Origin: Candidatus Woesearchaeota archaeon
GTDB lineage: Archaea > Nanobdellota > Nanobdellia > Pacearchaeales > GW2011-AR1
DNA: 32,407 nucleotides
NCBI GenBank assembly: GCA_964460635.1
Contig: CAYWQG010000001.1
Location: 1-32,407, forward strand
Reading direction: 5' to 3'
How positions within the stretch are numbered: the stretch's first letter is position 1; each line of letters begins with the position of its first letter. The notes beneath the pieces are model-generated. The model saw nothing but the letters and a program-made list of their open reading frames with translations, made no database searches and was not told the origin of the DNA. Below, one piece after another: positions 1-7,876 of the stretch. The position numbers were made by a program, and so were the translations under genes.

Positions 1-219
1 AATAAGAATAAAGGATATTCTGAAGAATTTTTAAGGAATGAAACTGGAAGTTCCTGGCCGAAAACTGGTTTAAATCAGGGAGAAGCTTTTAGTGGAACTT
101 TGACCGGAGCAAGTGGTGCAACAAAGATTTTTTTAAGTCCAGTATTAATAGGAAATACTAAGGAAGGTCGGGGAAAATATATTTGCGGAGATCAATATGG
201 ACAAAACATTTTTACATAA
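1..219 (+). CDS. 3' end of an ORF that starts upstream of the window (C-terminal ~72 aa). Function unknown; plausibly another secreted or pilin-like protein of the pilus cluster.
   Basis: Frame 1 is open from base 1 to TAA at 217-219 (...LIGNTKEGRGKYICGDQYGQNIFT*). Its end overlaps the next ATG (197) by 23 nt, as elsewhere in this compact locus. No diagnostic motif. Absent from the ORF track because it has no start. Confidence 0.3.
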   Translation, partial: NKNKGYSEEFLRNETGSSWPKTGLNQGEAFSGTLTGASGATKIFLSPVLIGNTKEGRGKYICGDQYGQNIFT

Positions 220-754
220 GGTCTTTTCGAAACTTGGTATTTCTTTCTCGAAAAAAAGGGCGCTTTCCCAAATCGTTGCGGTAGTTTTATTGATTTCTTT
301 TTCTGTTCTCGCTTTCCTTTTAATATCTCAGGTTGTCCTTAAACTTGTTCATAGCCAATTAGATAAATCAAAGGTATGTTCTGAATTAAGAAATAATGTT
401 TTAATAGACCGAGCGAACACTTGTTATAACACTTCTTCAGGAGAAATTCAATTCGGAATAATTAGAAAAAATGTTGATTTGGATAGTCTGCTTGTAACAA
501 TTTCCGGAGCGGATAATTCTCATTCTTTCACGATAAATGAAACTCCCTCAACCTCCGAAGATCTTAAACCATATGATTCTGTGGGATCTTCTTATGGGAC
601 TTCGTATTTCTCTTTACCATCTAAAAATTCAGAGAAAAGTTACATCGGGAATGTAATAAATGTGAAGAACCCTTATGAAATCGATATAGGACCTTCGGTA
701 AAAGGAAAATTTTGTGGAATAGTTGACTCTTTCTTAGAAATAAATACCTGTTAA
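197..754 (+). CDS. Archaeal type IV prepilin-like protein (class III signal peptide)
   Basis: 185 aa, ATG start. The N-terminus ...SFSKKRA/LSQIVAVVLLISFSVLAFLLI is a basic stretch, a small residue and then a ~20-residue hydrophobic helix. This resembles the archaeal prepilin pattern (RRAVSPVIATVLLI type). It has 4 Cys and several N-x-S/T sequons, and lies in the pilus cluster. Confidence 0.6.
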   Translation: MDKTFLHKVFSKLGISFSKKRALSQIVAVVLLISFSVLAFLLISQVVLKLVHSQLDKSKVCSELRNNVLIDRANTCYNTSSGEIQFGIIRKNVDLDSLLVTISGADNSHSFTINETPSTSEDLKPYDSVGSSYGTSYFSLPSKNSEKSYIGNVINVKNPYEIDIGPSVKGKFCGIVDSFLEINTC

Positions 755-756
755 TT

Positions 757-1272
757 ATGATAAAGAAGAAAAAAGCACAAGTCTGGGTGGAAGCAATGAC
801 TTATACTCTAATTGCTCTTGCAGTAATTGGAGCAATACTTGCATTTGTTCAACCAAAAGTAAAAGAAATGCAGGACAAAGCTACAATTGAAAACTCTATA
901 AATTTAATGGAACAAATAAACTCTGTAATAAAAAATTTAGGACAAAATGTCCCGGGAAACAAAAGGGAATTAGAAATTAAAATAGAAAAAGGAAATTTGA
1001 GAATAGATGGAGTCAAAAATGAAATAACTTTTGATATGCCCAGCAGATATAAATATAGCGAACTCGGACAGAACTATAAATATGGAGATCTCTTAATATT
1101 AACTCAAAAAGAAAATGAGGGGTATAACTTCAGTATCTCCCTCAACTATTCACAATATAATTTAACTTACAAAGGGAAAGATATAGATCAAGAATTAACC
1201 GCTGCATCAAATCCTTACAACCTATTTATTATTAGAGGAAAAGGAATAGTAATAAATACGGAGGTAAATTAG
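757..1272 (+). CDS. Archaeal type IV prepilin (class III signal peptide, Epd-type with Gln+1/Glu+5)
   Basis: 171 aa. MIKKKKA/QVWVEAMTYTLIALAVIGAILAFV fits the class III signal peptide consensus: K-G/A then Q-x-x-x-E followed by a hydrophobic helix. It starts 2 nt after the upstream stop. Confidence 0.7.
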   Translation: MIKKKKAQVWVEAMTYTLIALAVIGAILAFVQPKVKEMQDKATIENSINLMEQINSVIKNLGQNVPGNKRELEIKIEKGNLRIDGVKNEITFDMPSRYKYSELGQNYKYGDLLILTQKENEGYNFSISLNYSQYNLTYKGKDIDQELTAASNPYNLFIIRGKGIVINTEVN

Positions 1273-1311
1273 GATAAGTAAGAGGTGCTTGGAAATCTAA
1301 TTTATTAAAAT

Positions 1312-2862
1312 ATGGAAAAGAGAAAAATAAGTGATTATAAAAGGGTGGAAATAAATTTTTTTCCGACGATACCTCCTTTAAGAAAAGTTAAGGACAAAAC
1401 TAGAATCGATATAAGATATTGTGTTCTTTCACCTTATTCTTTTATTCATATTTATTGGGATGATAAAAAATATGAATTAATATATGAAATAGAGGAGCCT
1501 CTCCTAAACGAAACTGAAAAAATTCAAATGAAACAAATTTCTTATGCTCTCAAGAACCTTATCAATTTTGAAACATTAATTTCAAAAAAACGAGAGGACC
1601 TCTTAGATTATATTGATTTAAGATTCAAAGTCTTGGCCGAAGAATTTGGTATGAGACTAAGTTATGATAGTTATAAAAGAATTTATTATTATTTAATAAG
1701 AGATTTTATAGGATTTAATGAGACAGATGCTCTCTTGAGAGATTATTTTATAGAGGATATCGAATGTAACGGACTCAAAGTTCCGGTTTATATTGTTCAT
1801 AGAATTTATAGAAGTATGAGAACAAGTTTAGTCTTTAAAGAGCTTGAAGTTTTATCAGACTTTGTAGAAAAAATAGCACAAAGGAGTGGAAGATACATTT
1901 CTTATGCAAGTCCTATTTTAGATGGAAGTTTGCCTGATGGGTCGAGGGTTAATGCAACTTATACAAAAGATATAACAAGTAGAGGACCAACTTTTACTAT
2001 ACGAAAATTTACAAAAGTTCCGTGGAATCCAATAGAATTAATAAAATTCAAAACTTTGAGTCCAGAAATGCTCGCCTATTTTTGGTTATTAATACAATTC
2101 AAAATGAATATACTAATTGTTGGAGGAACCTCTTCAGGTAAAACAACTCTTTTGAATGCAATCAGTTTCTTTATTCCCCCAGAAGACAGAGTTGTTAGTA
2201 TAGAAGACACCAGAGAATTAAATTTACTCAGAGATAATTGGCTCCCAAGTGTTTCGAGAAGTGCAACAGGTGTTGGAAAATTAGGAGAAATAAGTTTATA
2301 TGATTTATTAAGAAGTTCTTTTAGACAAAATCCAGATTATGTAATTGTTGGAGAAACGAGGGGGAAAGAGGCCTCGGTATTATTTCAAGGTATGGCTTCG
2401 GGACATTCCTCAATGAGTACTATTCACGCAGACTCAGTAGATACTCTTATGAAAAGATTAGAAACGCCCCCAATAGAATTATCTCCTACCCTTCTAAATG
2501 TTTTAGACAGCGTCGCAATAATGACTCACGCAATAATAAAAAAACAAGAAACGAGGAAATTAAAATCAATTGTTGAGATAGTAAATGTAGATTCTAAGGG
2601 AATTGCTACAACTAACACTCCGTTTATATGGAACCCTCAAGATGACCGATTCTATTTCAAAAAGAGTAGTAAAGTCTTTGAAAAGATTTCTCAGAGAAAT
2701 GGTTTAACTTTAGAGGAAATTGAAGTTATGTTTTTGAAAAGAGTGAAGCTACTTTACGAACTCTACAAAAGAAAAATATTTGATTTTAGAAAAGTTCAGG
2801 AGATAATCAATGAATACAACAAAAGACCTCAAAAAGTTTTAGAAGATTATGGTATAAAATAA
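1312..2862 (+). CDS. Type IV pilus/archaellum-family assembly ATPase (FlaI/PilB/EpdL-like, VirB11-GspE superfamily)
   Basis: 516 aa. Walker A is GGTSSGKTTLLNA. It also has the VVSIEDTRE, NPDYVIVGETRG and GHSSMSTIHA boxes typical of secretion ATPases. The N-terminal domain (SPYSFIHIYWDDKKYELIYEIEEPLLNETEK) is like archaeal FlaI/PilB. Confidence 0.9.
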   Translation: MEKRKISDYKRVEINFFPTIPPLRKVKDKTRIDIRYCVLSPYSFIHIYWDDKKYELIYEIEEPLLNETEKIQMKQISYALKNLINFETLISKKREDLLDYIDLRFKVLAEEFGMRLSYDSYKRIYYYLIRDFIGFNETDALLRDYFIEDIECNGLKVPVYIVHRIYRSMRTSLVFKELEVLSDFVEKIAQRSGRYISYASPILDGSLPDGSRVNATYTKDITSRGPTFTIRKFTKVPWNPIELIKFKTLSPEMLAYFWLLIQFKMNILIVGGTSSGKTTLLNAISFFIPPEDRVVSIEDTRELNLLRDNWLPSVSRSATGVGKLGEISLYDLLRSSFRQNPDYVIVGETRGKEASVLFQGMASGHSSMSTIHADSVDTLMKRLETPPIELSPTLLNVLDSVAIMTHAIIKKQETRKLKSIVEIVNVDSKGIATTNTPFIWNPQDDRFYFKKSSKVFEKISQRNGLTLEEIEVMFLKRVKLLYELYKRKIFDFRKVQEIINEYNKRPQKVLEDYGIK

Positions 2863-2880
2863 AAGGACCTACTTTAAAAA

Positions 2881-3117
2881 ATGGATAATGAAAAAAATAA
2901 AGAAAACTATTCTGAAAGGAAAAAGAATTTAGTTTCGGATCTCATTAAAAAAAGGGATCCTTTAGCTCCTATGAATAAACTGATTAAAAATTTACAAGAA
3001 AATGAACAAGAATTAGAAGAGGCATTTAACAAAAAAGACTTCAGAAGATTTGAATTAATAAAAACGAATATCAGGAAAATTCAAAGGGCTCTTTCTGAAG
3101 AATTAAGGGAGATATAA
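2881..3117 (+). CDS. Small charged helical/coiled-coil protein, function unknown (pilus-cluster accessory?)
   Basis: 78 aa, ATG start, K/E/N/R-rich, no TM segment. Its stop abuts the next start (TAAATG at 3115-3120). No family recognised. Confidence 0.5.
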   Translation: MDNEKNKENYSERKKNLVSDLIKKRDPLAPMNKLIKNLQENEQELEEAFNKKDFRRFELIKTNIRKIQRALSEELREI

Positions 3118-4395
3118 ATGATAGATAAATTTGGAAAATTAAGATTGATTATAGAGAAAGAAGTTTCCATCATAAAAGAAATTATTCTTCTCCGCGAACA
3201 ATCTTCTAAAGAGAAAGATTTTATAATCAAACAAATAAAATCTTTGAAAGGTTTCTTTGAAAAAATAAATGAAGAATTGCTCCACTCTTTGGAAGAGATC
3301 TCTGAAGATGCAGGTGGTATCTTTTCTGACTTTCCAGAAAACATTCCTTTTGAAGGAGAAAAAATCGAACTTGCGCCTCTTGGAAAAAATGGTAAAAGGA
3401 AAAGCCACAGATGGGGTTCTTTAGAAAAAGAAACAATTAAGAGATTAAGAAAGATAAAGAAGGAGAATAAAAAGAAGAAAATTATTAAACCAAAACCATA
3501 TGTAAAAGCTTCTAACCAGATGTTCTTTAATTATGCTCAGAGGCTTTCTAAAAATAAATTTTTTGATAAAGTAAAAACTTCTTTGGAGAAAACAAATATG
3601 CAATACACGACGGAGGGCTACCTTTCGGTAATTTTTTTCAATACTTTTCTCTCTGCAATCTTCGGAGTTCTATTATATATTCTTCTTCTTTTCTTAAAAA
3701 TAAATTCTTCAGATATGAGCATTAGCTTTTCTACGAATGGAATTCTAATGAAATCTATCGAATTATTTCCAATAATCTTCCTCCTTCCGATTGTCGTTTT
3801 TTTCATAAGTTATTTTTATCCTTCGAGTGAAGCCGATTCTGAAAGAGAAAAAATAAACCAAGAACTTCCTTTTGTCATCGGAGATTTAAATTCTGTCGCA
3901 GAATCTTTAGTTAATCCGGCAAATATGTTCCGAATAATAATTAATACAAAAGAATATCCTTCTACAAAAAAAGAATTTATAAAATTAATAAATGAAATTG
4001 ATGGGTATGGTCTTGACCTTATTAGCGCCTTGAAAATAATTGCTAAAAAAAGTCCGAGTAAAGAATTAGCAGAAATTCTTAACGGACTTGCAACAACAAT
4101 CAGTACTGGAGGAAATCTTACAGAATTCCTCCGAGGAAAATCAAAGAAGTTAATTTTAGAATATAAACTGAGAAGAAAAAGATTCACAAAATTTGCTGGA
4201 TCTTTTATGGAAATTTATATAAGTTTAATCCTCGCAGCCCCTATGATTTTAATGCTTTTATTAATAATGATGAGAATTAGTAATTTTGGATTAAAATTTA
4301 GTGTTTCTTCTATAACTATTATGGTCGTTAGTGTGGTTTCTGTGATGAATATTTTTTCAGTAATTTTTCTAAATGTAAAAACCTCTCGTCTATAA
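3118..4395 (+). CDS. Pilus platform membrane protein, single T2SSF domain (TadB/TadC / EpdJ/K-like), with a long cytoplasmic N-terminal extension
   Basis: 425 aa. A ~165-aa charged N-terminal region is followed by TM helices flanking a T2SSF-type domain (ELPFVIGDLNSVAESLVNP...LISALKIIAKKSPSKELAEILNGLATTISTGGNLTEFLRGKS). There is a C-terminal TM pair. Confidence 0.8.
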   Translation: MIDKFGKLRLIIEKEVSIIKEIILLREQSSKEKDFIIKQIKSLKGFFEKINEELLHSLEEISEDAGGIFSDFPENIPFEGEKIELAPLGKNGKRKSHRWGSLEKETIKRLRKIKKENKKKKIIKPKPYVKASNQMFFNYAQRLSKNKFFDKVKTSLEKTNMQYTTEGYLSVIFFNTFLSAIFGVLLYILLLFLKINSSDMSISFSTNGILMKSIELFPIIFLLPIVVFFISYFYPSSEADSEREKINQELPFVIGDLNSVAESLVNPANMFRIIINTKEYPSTKKEFIKLINEIDGYGLDLISALKIIAKKSPSKELAEILNGLATTISTGGNLTEFLRGKSKKLILEYKLRRKRFTKFAGSFMEIYISLILAAPMILMLLLIMMRISNFGLKFSVSSITIMVVSVVSVMNIFSVIFLNVKTSRL

Positions 4396-4396
4396 A

Positions 4397-5248
4397 ATGG
4401 AACTTAAAACAATTCATTGGATTATAATTTTTTTAGGAATTCTAACTATCTTTTCTTCCTATTTCTTTTATGGAAGTAAATCATTCTATTTGATTTTTGG
4501 AATTGGAATTATATTAATCGTCTTTCCATTTATTCTTATAATACTCAATGAATCAAAAATTAGACGAGAGAAAAAAGGAAGATTTTTAGATTTTATGGGA
4601 GATTTAGTAGAAGGAATTGAGGTGGGGATTCCTATAAATAAAAGTATAGAAAATTTGAAAAATAAATCTTATGGTGCATTGAATGAGAATGTTAGGAAAC
4701 TATCGAACCAAGTCTCTATGGGAATTCCGGTTCAAAAAGCATTTGAGATTTTCTCAAAAGATATCAAGAATAAAACAATCACCAGGGCTATAACCATAAT
4801 CAGCCAGGCAGAGACAGCGGGTGGTGCGGTTGGAGAAATCCTCCAAAATGTTGCAGACACAGTCAATCTTACCGATCGTTTAGAGAAAGAAAGAAAATCA
4901 GAGATATCAAGTTTAGTCACGGAAGGATACCTTATTTTCTTTATTTTTATATGTATTATTCTTTTGATGCAATTTAAGATAATTCCGATATTACAGACCT
5001 CTGGAGTTAATCTAAAAAATAGTCTTAAAACTACAACAATCTCTGAGGCTCCCCAAAATTCTCCAGTTAATAATAACTCCAAAACTTTCTCAGATGCTTT
5101 TACAATTCTCTTATTGGTTCAGGGATTTTTTATGGGACTTATAATTGGACAGCTTTCTGAAGGAAGAATCTCTTCTGGAGTAAAACATTCTTTTATCCTT
5201 ATGATCTTCGTTTTCATAATTACTTCACTCGCAAATATGGTTTTATAA
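4397..5248 (+). CDS. Second pilus platform membrane protein, single T2SSF domain (TadB/TadC / EpdJ/K-like)
   Basis: 283 aa. An N-terminal TM pair is followed by a T2SSF-type domain (FLDFMGDLVEGIEVGIPINKSIENL...AITIISQAETAGGAVGEILQNVADTV) and C-terminal TMs. It starts 1 nt after the previous stop. Confidence 0.8.
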   Translation: MELKTIHWIIIFLGILTIFSSYFFYGSKSFYLIFGIGIILIVFPFILIILNESKIRREKKGRFLDFMGDLVEGIEVGIPINKSIENLKNKSYGALNENVRKLSNQVSMGIPVQKAFEIFSKDIKNKTITRAITIISQAETAGGAVGEILQNVADTVNLTDRLEKERKSEISSLVTEGYLIFFIFICIILLMQFKIIPILQTSGVNLKNSLKTTTISEAPQNSPVNNNSKTFSDAFTILLLVQGFFMGLIIGQLSEGRISSGVKHSFILMIFVFIITSLANMVL

Positions 5249-5941
5249 ATGAAAAATAAAAAAGGCTCAAGTTTTGGTATGGTAATTTCTATGACACTTT
5301 TCCTTAGTTTCTTAGTTGTTTTCTATGCCTATTTCTCTCCACAAATAAAAATTAGGAATAATGATGGGCAAGATTATCTGAACCCATTATTCAACAATTT
5401 AAAAAACTCTATGGAGGCCAATCTGAGTGTGATAAGTATAAAACTTAACGAAATTCAAACTCATTGTTTTGAAATAAACAATCTACCAAATTTAATTGGG
5501 AATGTTTCTGTTAGAAACTCTTTAAACAATATTATTCGCTCAAGTTATTTTTATCCAAAGTTAAAAATGAAAGGAGGAAGAAATAAATTCTTCAAGATTT
5601 ATTCTTCTAAATATTTAAATGTAGAAAATACTCCTTTAACTACTTGTAGAATTCTTGGACCTTCGCAATATTCTATTGGACTTGTAAAAACTGAAAAAAT
5701 AATTTCTGAAAAAAAAATTCTTTCTCTAAATAAAAGTTTTCATAATAATTATCTTGAATTGAAGTCTAATCTATCAATACCTCCGAATTATAATTTTGAT
5801 TTTATATTTAAAGGATCACAAATTATAAATGCTTCCAGAAAAAAAGAAGCTTCAAATATTTATGCAATAAATGAGAAAGTTATTTATATAAATGAAAGTG
5901 GAGCAATTCTCTCTGGAGATTTGAAAGTGGAATTATGGTAA
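5249..5941 (+). CDS. Prepilin-like protein (minor pilin candidate)
   Basis: 230 aa. MKNKKG/SSFGMVISMTLFLSFLVVFYAYF has a basic n-region, a Gly and a hydrophobic helix. The remainder is Asn/Ser-rich with sequons. TAAATG junction with the upstream gene. Confidence 0.5.
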   Translation: MKNKKGSSFGMVISMTLFLSFLVVFYAYFSPQIKIRNNDGQDYLNPLFNNLKNSMEANLSVISIKLNEIQTHCFEINNLPNLIGNVSVRNSLNNIIRSSYFYPKLKMKGGRNKFFKIYSSKYLNVENTPLTTCRILGPSQYSIGLVKTEKIISEKKILSLNKSFHNNYLELKSNLSIPPNYNFDFIFKGSQIINASRKKEASNIYAINEKVIYINESGAILSGDLKVELW

Positions 5942-6345
5942 TAATGAATAAAAGAGGATGGGTAAAAATTTTAGAAGCGTTTTTCGCAATTCTTTTACTC
6001 GGAGGAATCATCTTCACTTTTTTAGAAGTCCAAAATATGAATCTTTCTAAAGATAATCCTAAAATTTATGGAGTTGAAAATAGTATTTTGAGAAATATAG
6101 AAATAAACAATAGTTTAAGGAATGAACTCTTAGGAACCCCAATTAGTTCGGCATCTTCGAGGAGTATAAAAGAAATCCTCCCGGCTTATTTAAATTGTTC
6201 TGCAACAATATGTGGAATCGGAAAAAATTGTAAAACTGATACAGAAAATATAAATAAAAACGTTTATGTTCAATCTATTTTTATTGCATCCAATTTAACT
6301 CTTTATTCTCCCAGAAAATTAGTCCTCTCGTGTTGGGAAATTTAA
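5935..6345 (+). CDS. Prepilin-like protein (minor pilin candidate)
   Basis: 136 aa. NKRG/WVKILEAFFAILLLGGIIFTFL is prepilin-like with a conserved Glu; the protein has 4 Cys. An alternative ATG at 5944 (2 nt after the upstream stop) is equally plausible. Confidence 0.55.
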   Translation: MVIMNKRGWVKILEAFFAILLLGGIIFTFLEVQNMNLSKDNPKIYGVENSILRNIEINNSLRNELLGTPISSASSRSIKEILPAYLNCSATICGIGKNCKTDTENINKNVYVQSIFIASNLTLYSPRKLVLSCWEI

Positions 6346-6346
6346 A

Positions 6347-7813
6347 ATGCTCAAAGAAAAATTAAAAAAAGAAAAAGAAGGTGTCTATATCCTACCAAAA
6401 TCTGGAAAAAGGAGAGTAGACTTAAAAATATTTCTTTCTGAGAAACTCAAAGACTCTTTGAACGAAACTGCGATAGAACAACTCGCAGAAATTTCTAAAC
6501 TACCTGGAATTGAATCGGTTTATGGTATGAGCGATATTCATCCAGGCTATGATTTTCCAATCGGAGGAGTCGTAGCTTTTAATCTTCAAAAAGGAGTTCT
6601 TTTCCCGGCAGGAGTTGGATACGATATAAATTGTGGAGTTAGAGTTCTTCGAACAAACATTAAGAAAAAAGATTTTTTAAAAAAGAGAGATCAAATTTTA
6701 AAAAATCTTTTTAGAGATATACCTTCAGGATTAGGAAAAGGAAGTAAGTTTCAGATTAATGAAAAGAATCTAAATAAAGTTTTAAAGGAAGGATCAAGGA
6801 TTTTAGTAGAAATGGGTTTTGGAGATAAAGAAGATATTTCTCACACGGAAGAATTAGGAAAAATTCATGGAGCAGACCCAGAAGATTTATCTAAAAAAGC
6901 AAAAAGAAAAGGAATCGGTCAGTTAGGAACTCTTGGAGCAGGAAACCATTTTTTAGAATTCCAGTTTGTCGAAAAGATTTTTAATAAAAAAGCTGCAAGG
7001 ATTTTTGGGATAAAAAAAAATCAAATATTGGTAATGATTCACACCGGTTCGAGGGGGCTTGGACATCAGATTACTTCAGATTATTTGGAGGAAATTAAAA
7101 ATTCCGCCTCTTTAGGTTTAAGTAAATCGGAGGAAATTAAAAAAAAGAACAAAGAAGAAGGATTGTTGTTCATTCCTTTGAAAAATAAATTATCTAAAAA
7201 ATATTTTTCGGCGATGGCTTGTGCTTCAAATTTTGCATTCGCAAACAGACAATTAATAACTTCAATAATAAGAAAAGAACTAATAAAAGAATTTCCCAGA
7301 AAGAAAATCTTCGTTCGATTACTCTCTTCAAAAAAAACCGTCGAAGTACTTTATGATTTATGTCATAACATCGCAAGAATAGAGAAAAATAATGGAAAAG
7401 AGCTTCTTGTTTTTAGAAAGGGTGCTACAAGAAGTTTAGGAAAAGGAGCTAAAGAACTTCCAGAAGATTACAGAAATATTGGGCAACCAATTCTTCTTCC
7501 AGGAAGTATGGGGACTTCTTCTTATATTCTCTTAGGAGATTCTACCGCAGAAAAAATTAGCTTAGGAAGTTGCCCTCACGGTTCTGGGAGATTAAAAAGT
7601 AGAAGTGAAATGAGAAGGAATCTCAAAGGAGAAGAAGTTCTTGAGGAATTAAAGAAGAAAAATATAAGAATAAACTTTACGAGTAAAGATGGATTAGTTG
7701 AAGAAGCATCAGAATCATATAAAGATATAGAAGAAGTTGTCTCAGTTGTAGATAGATTGGGTATTGGAAAGAGGGTTGCAAGATTGAAACCCCTCGGAGT
7801 TATAAAGGGATAA
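6347..7813 (+). CDS. rtcB: RNA-splicing ligase RtcB (3'-phosphate/5'-OH RNA ligase)
   Basis: 488 aa. The motifs DIHPGYDFPIGGV, GVGYDINCGVR, GAGNHFLE, HTGSRGLGHQ, CHN, LPGSMGTSSY and HGSGR match the RtcB metal and guanylyl-His site. Confidence 0.95.
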   Translation: MLKEKLKKEKEGVYILPKSGKRRVDLKIFLSEKLKDSLNETAIEQLAEISKLPGIESVYGMSDIHPGYDFPIGGVVAFNLQKGVLFPAGVGYDINCGVRVLRTNIKKKDFLKKRDQILKNLFRDIPSGLGKGSKFQINEKNLNKVLKEGSRILVEMGFGDKEDISHTEELGKIHGADPEDLSKKAKRKGIGQLGTLGAGNHFLEFQFVEKIFNKKAARIFGIKKNQILVMIHTGSRGLGHQITSDYLEEIKNSASLGLSKSEEIKKKNKEEGLLFIPLKNKLSKKYFSAMACASNFAFANRQLITSIIRKELIKEFPRKKIFVRLLSSKKTVEVLYDLCHNIARIEKNNGKELLVFRKGATRSLGKGAKELPEDYRNIGQPILLPGSMGTSSYILLGDSTAEKISLGSCPHGSGRLKSRSEMRRNLKGEEVLEELKKKNIRINFTSKDGLVEEASESYKDIEEVVSVVDRLGIGKRVARLKPLGVIKG

Positions 7814-7847
7814 ATGAGAAAATTCCAAAAAAAAGAAAAAGATTAAG

Positions 7848-7855
7848 TTTAAAAA
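7848..7855 (+). promoter_or_regulatory. TATA-like box (TTTAAAAA) 21 nt upstream of the ATG at 7877
   Basis: The spacing matches other promoters in this window. The A-rich context makes this one weaker. Confidence 0.3.
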
Positions 7856-7876
7856 AAAGAAAAGATAAGAAATAAA

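Noticed and set aside
6343-6349. Functional link between RtcB and the pilus cluster, suggested by the 1-nt gap between the last pilin gene and rtcB
   Set aside because: Near-zero spacing is the norm throughout this window (for example cca next to the Cys-rich proteins). Tight packing alone is not evidence of shared function.
7012-7020. A9 homopolymer inside rtcB (and similar A8-A9/T9 runs at about 7323, 15833 and 17491) as slippage or phase-variation sites
   Set aside because: All reading frames are intact. Such runs encode Lys-rich segments and are common in genomes with ~30% GC. None sits at the 5' end of a surface-protein gene where phase variation would be expected.
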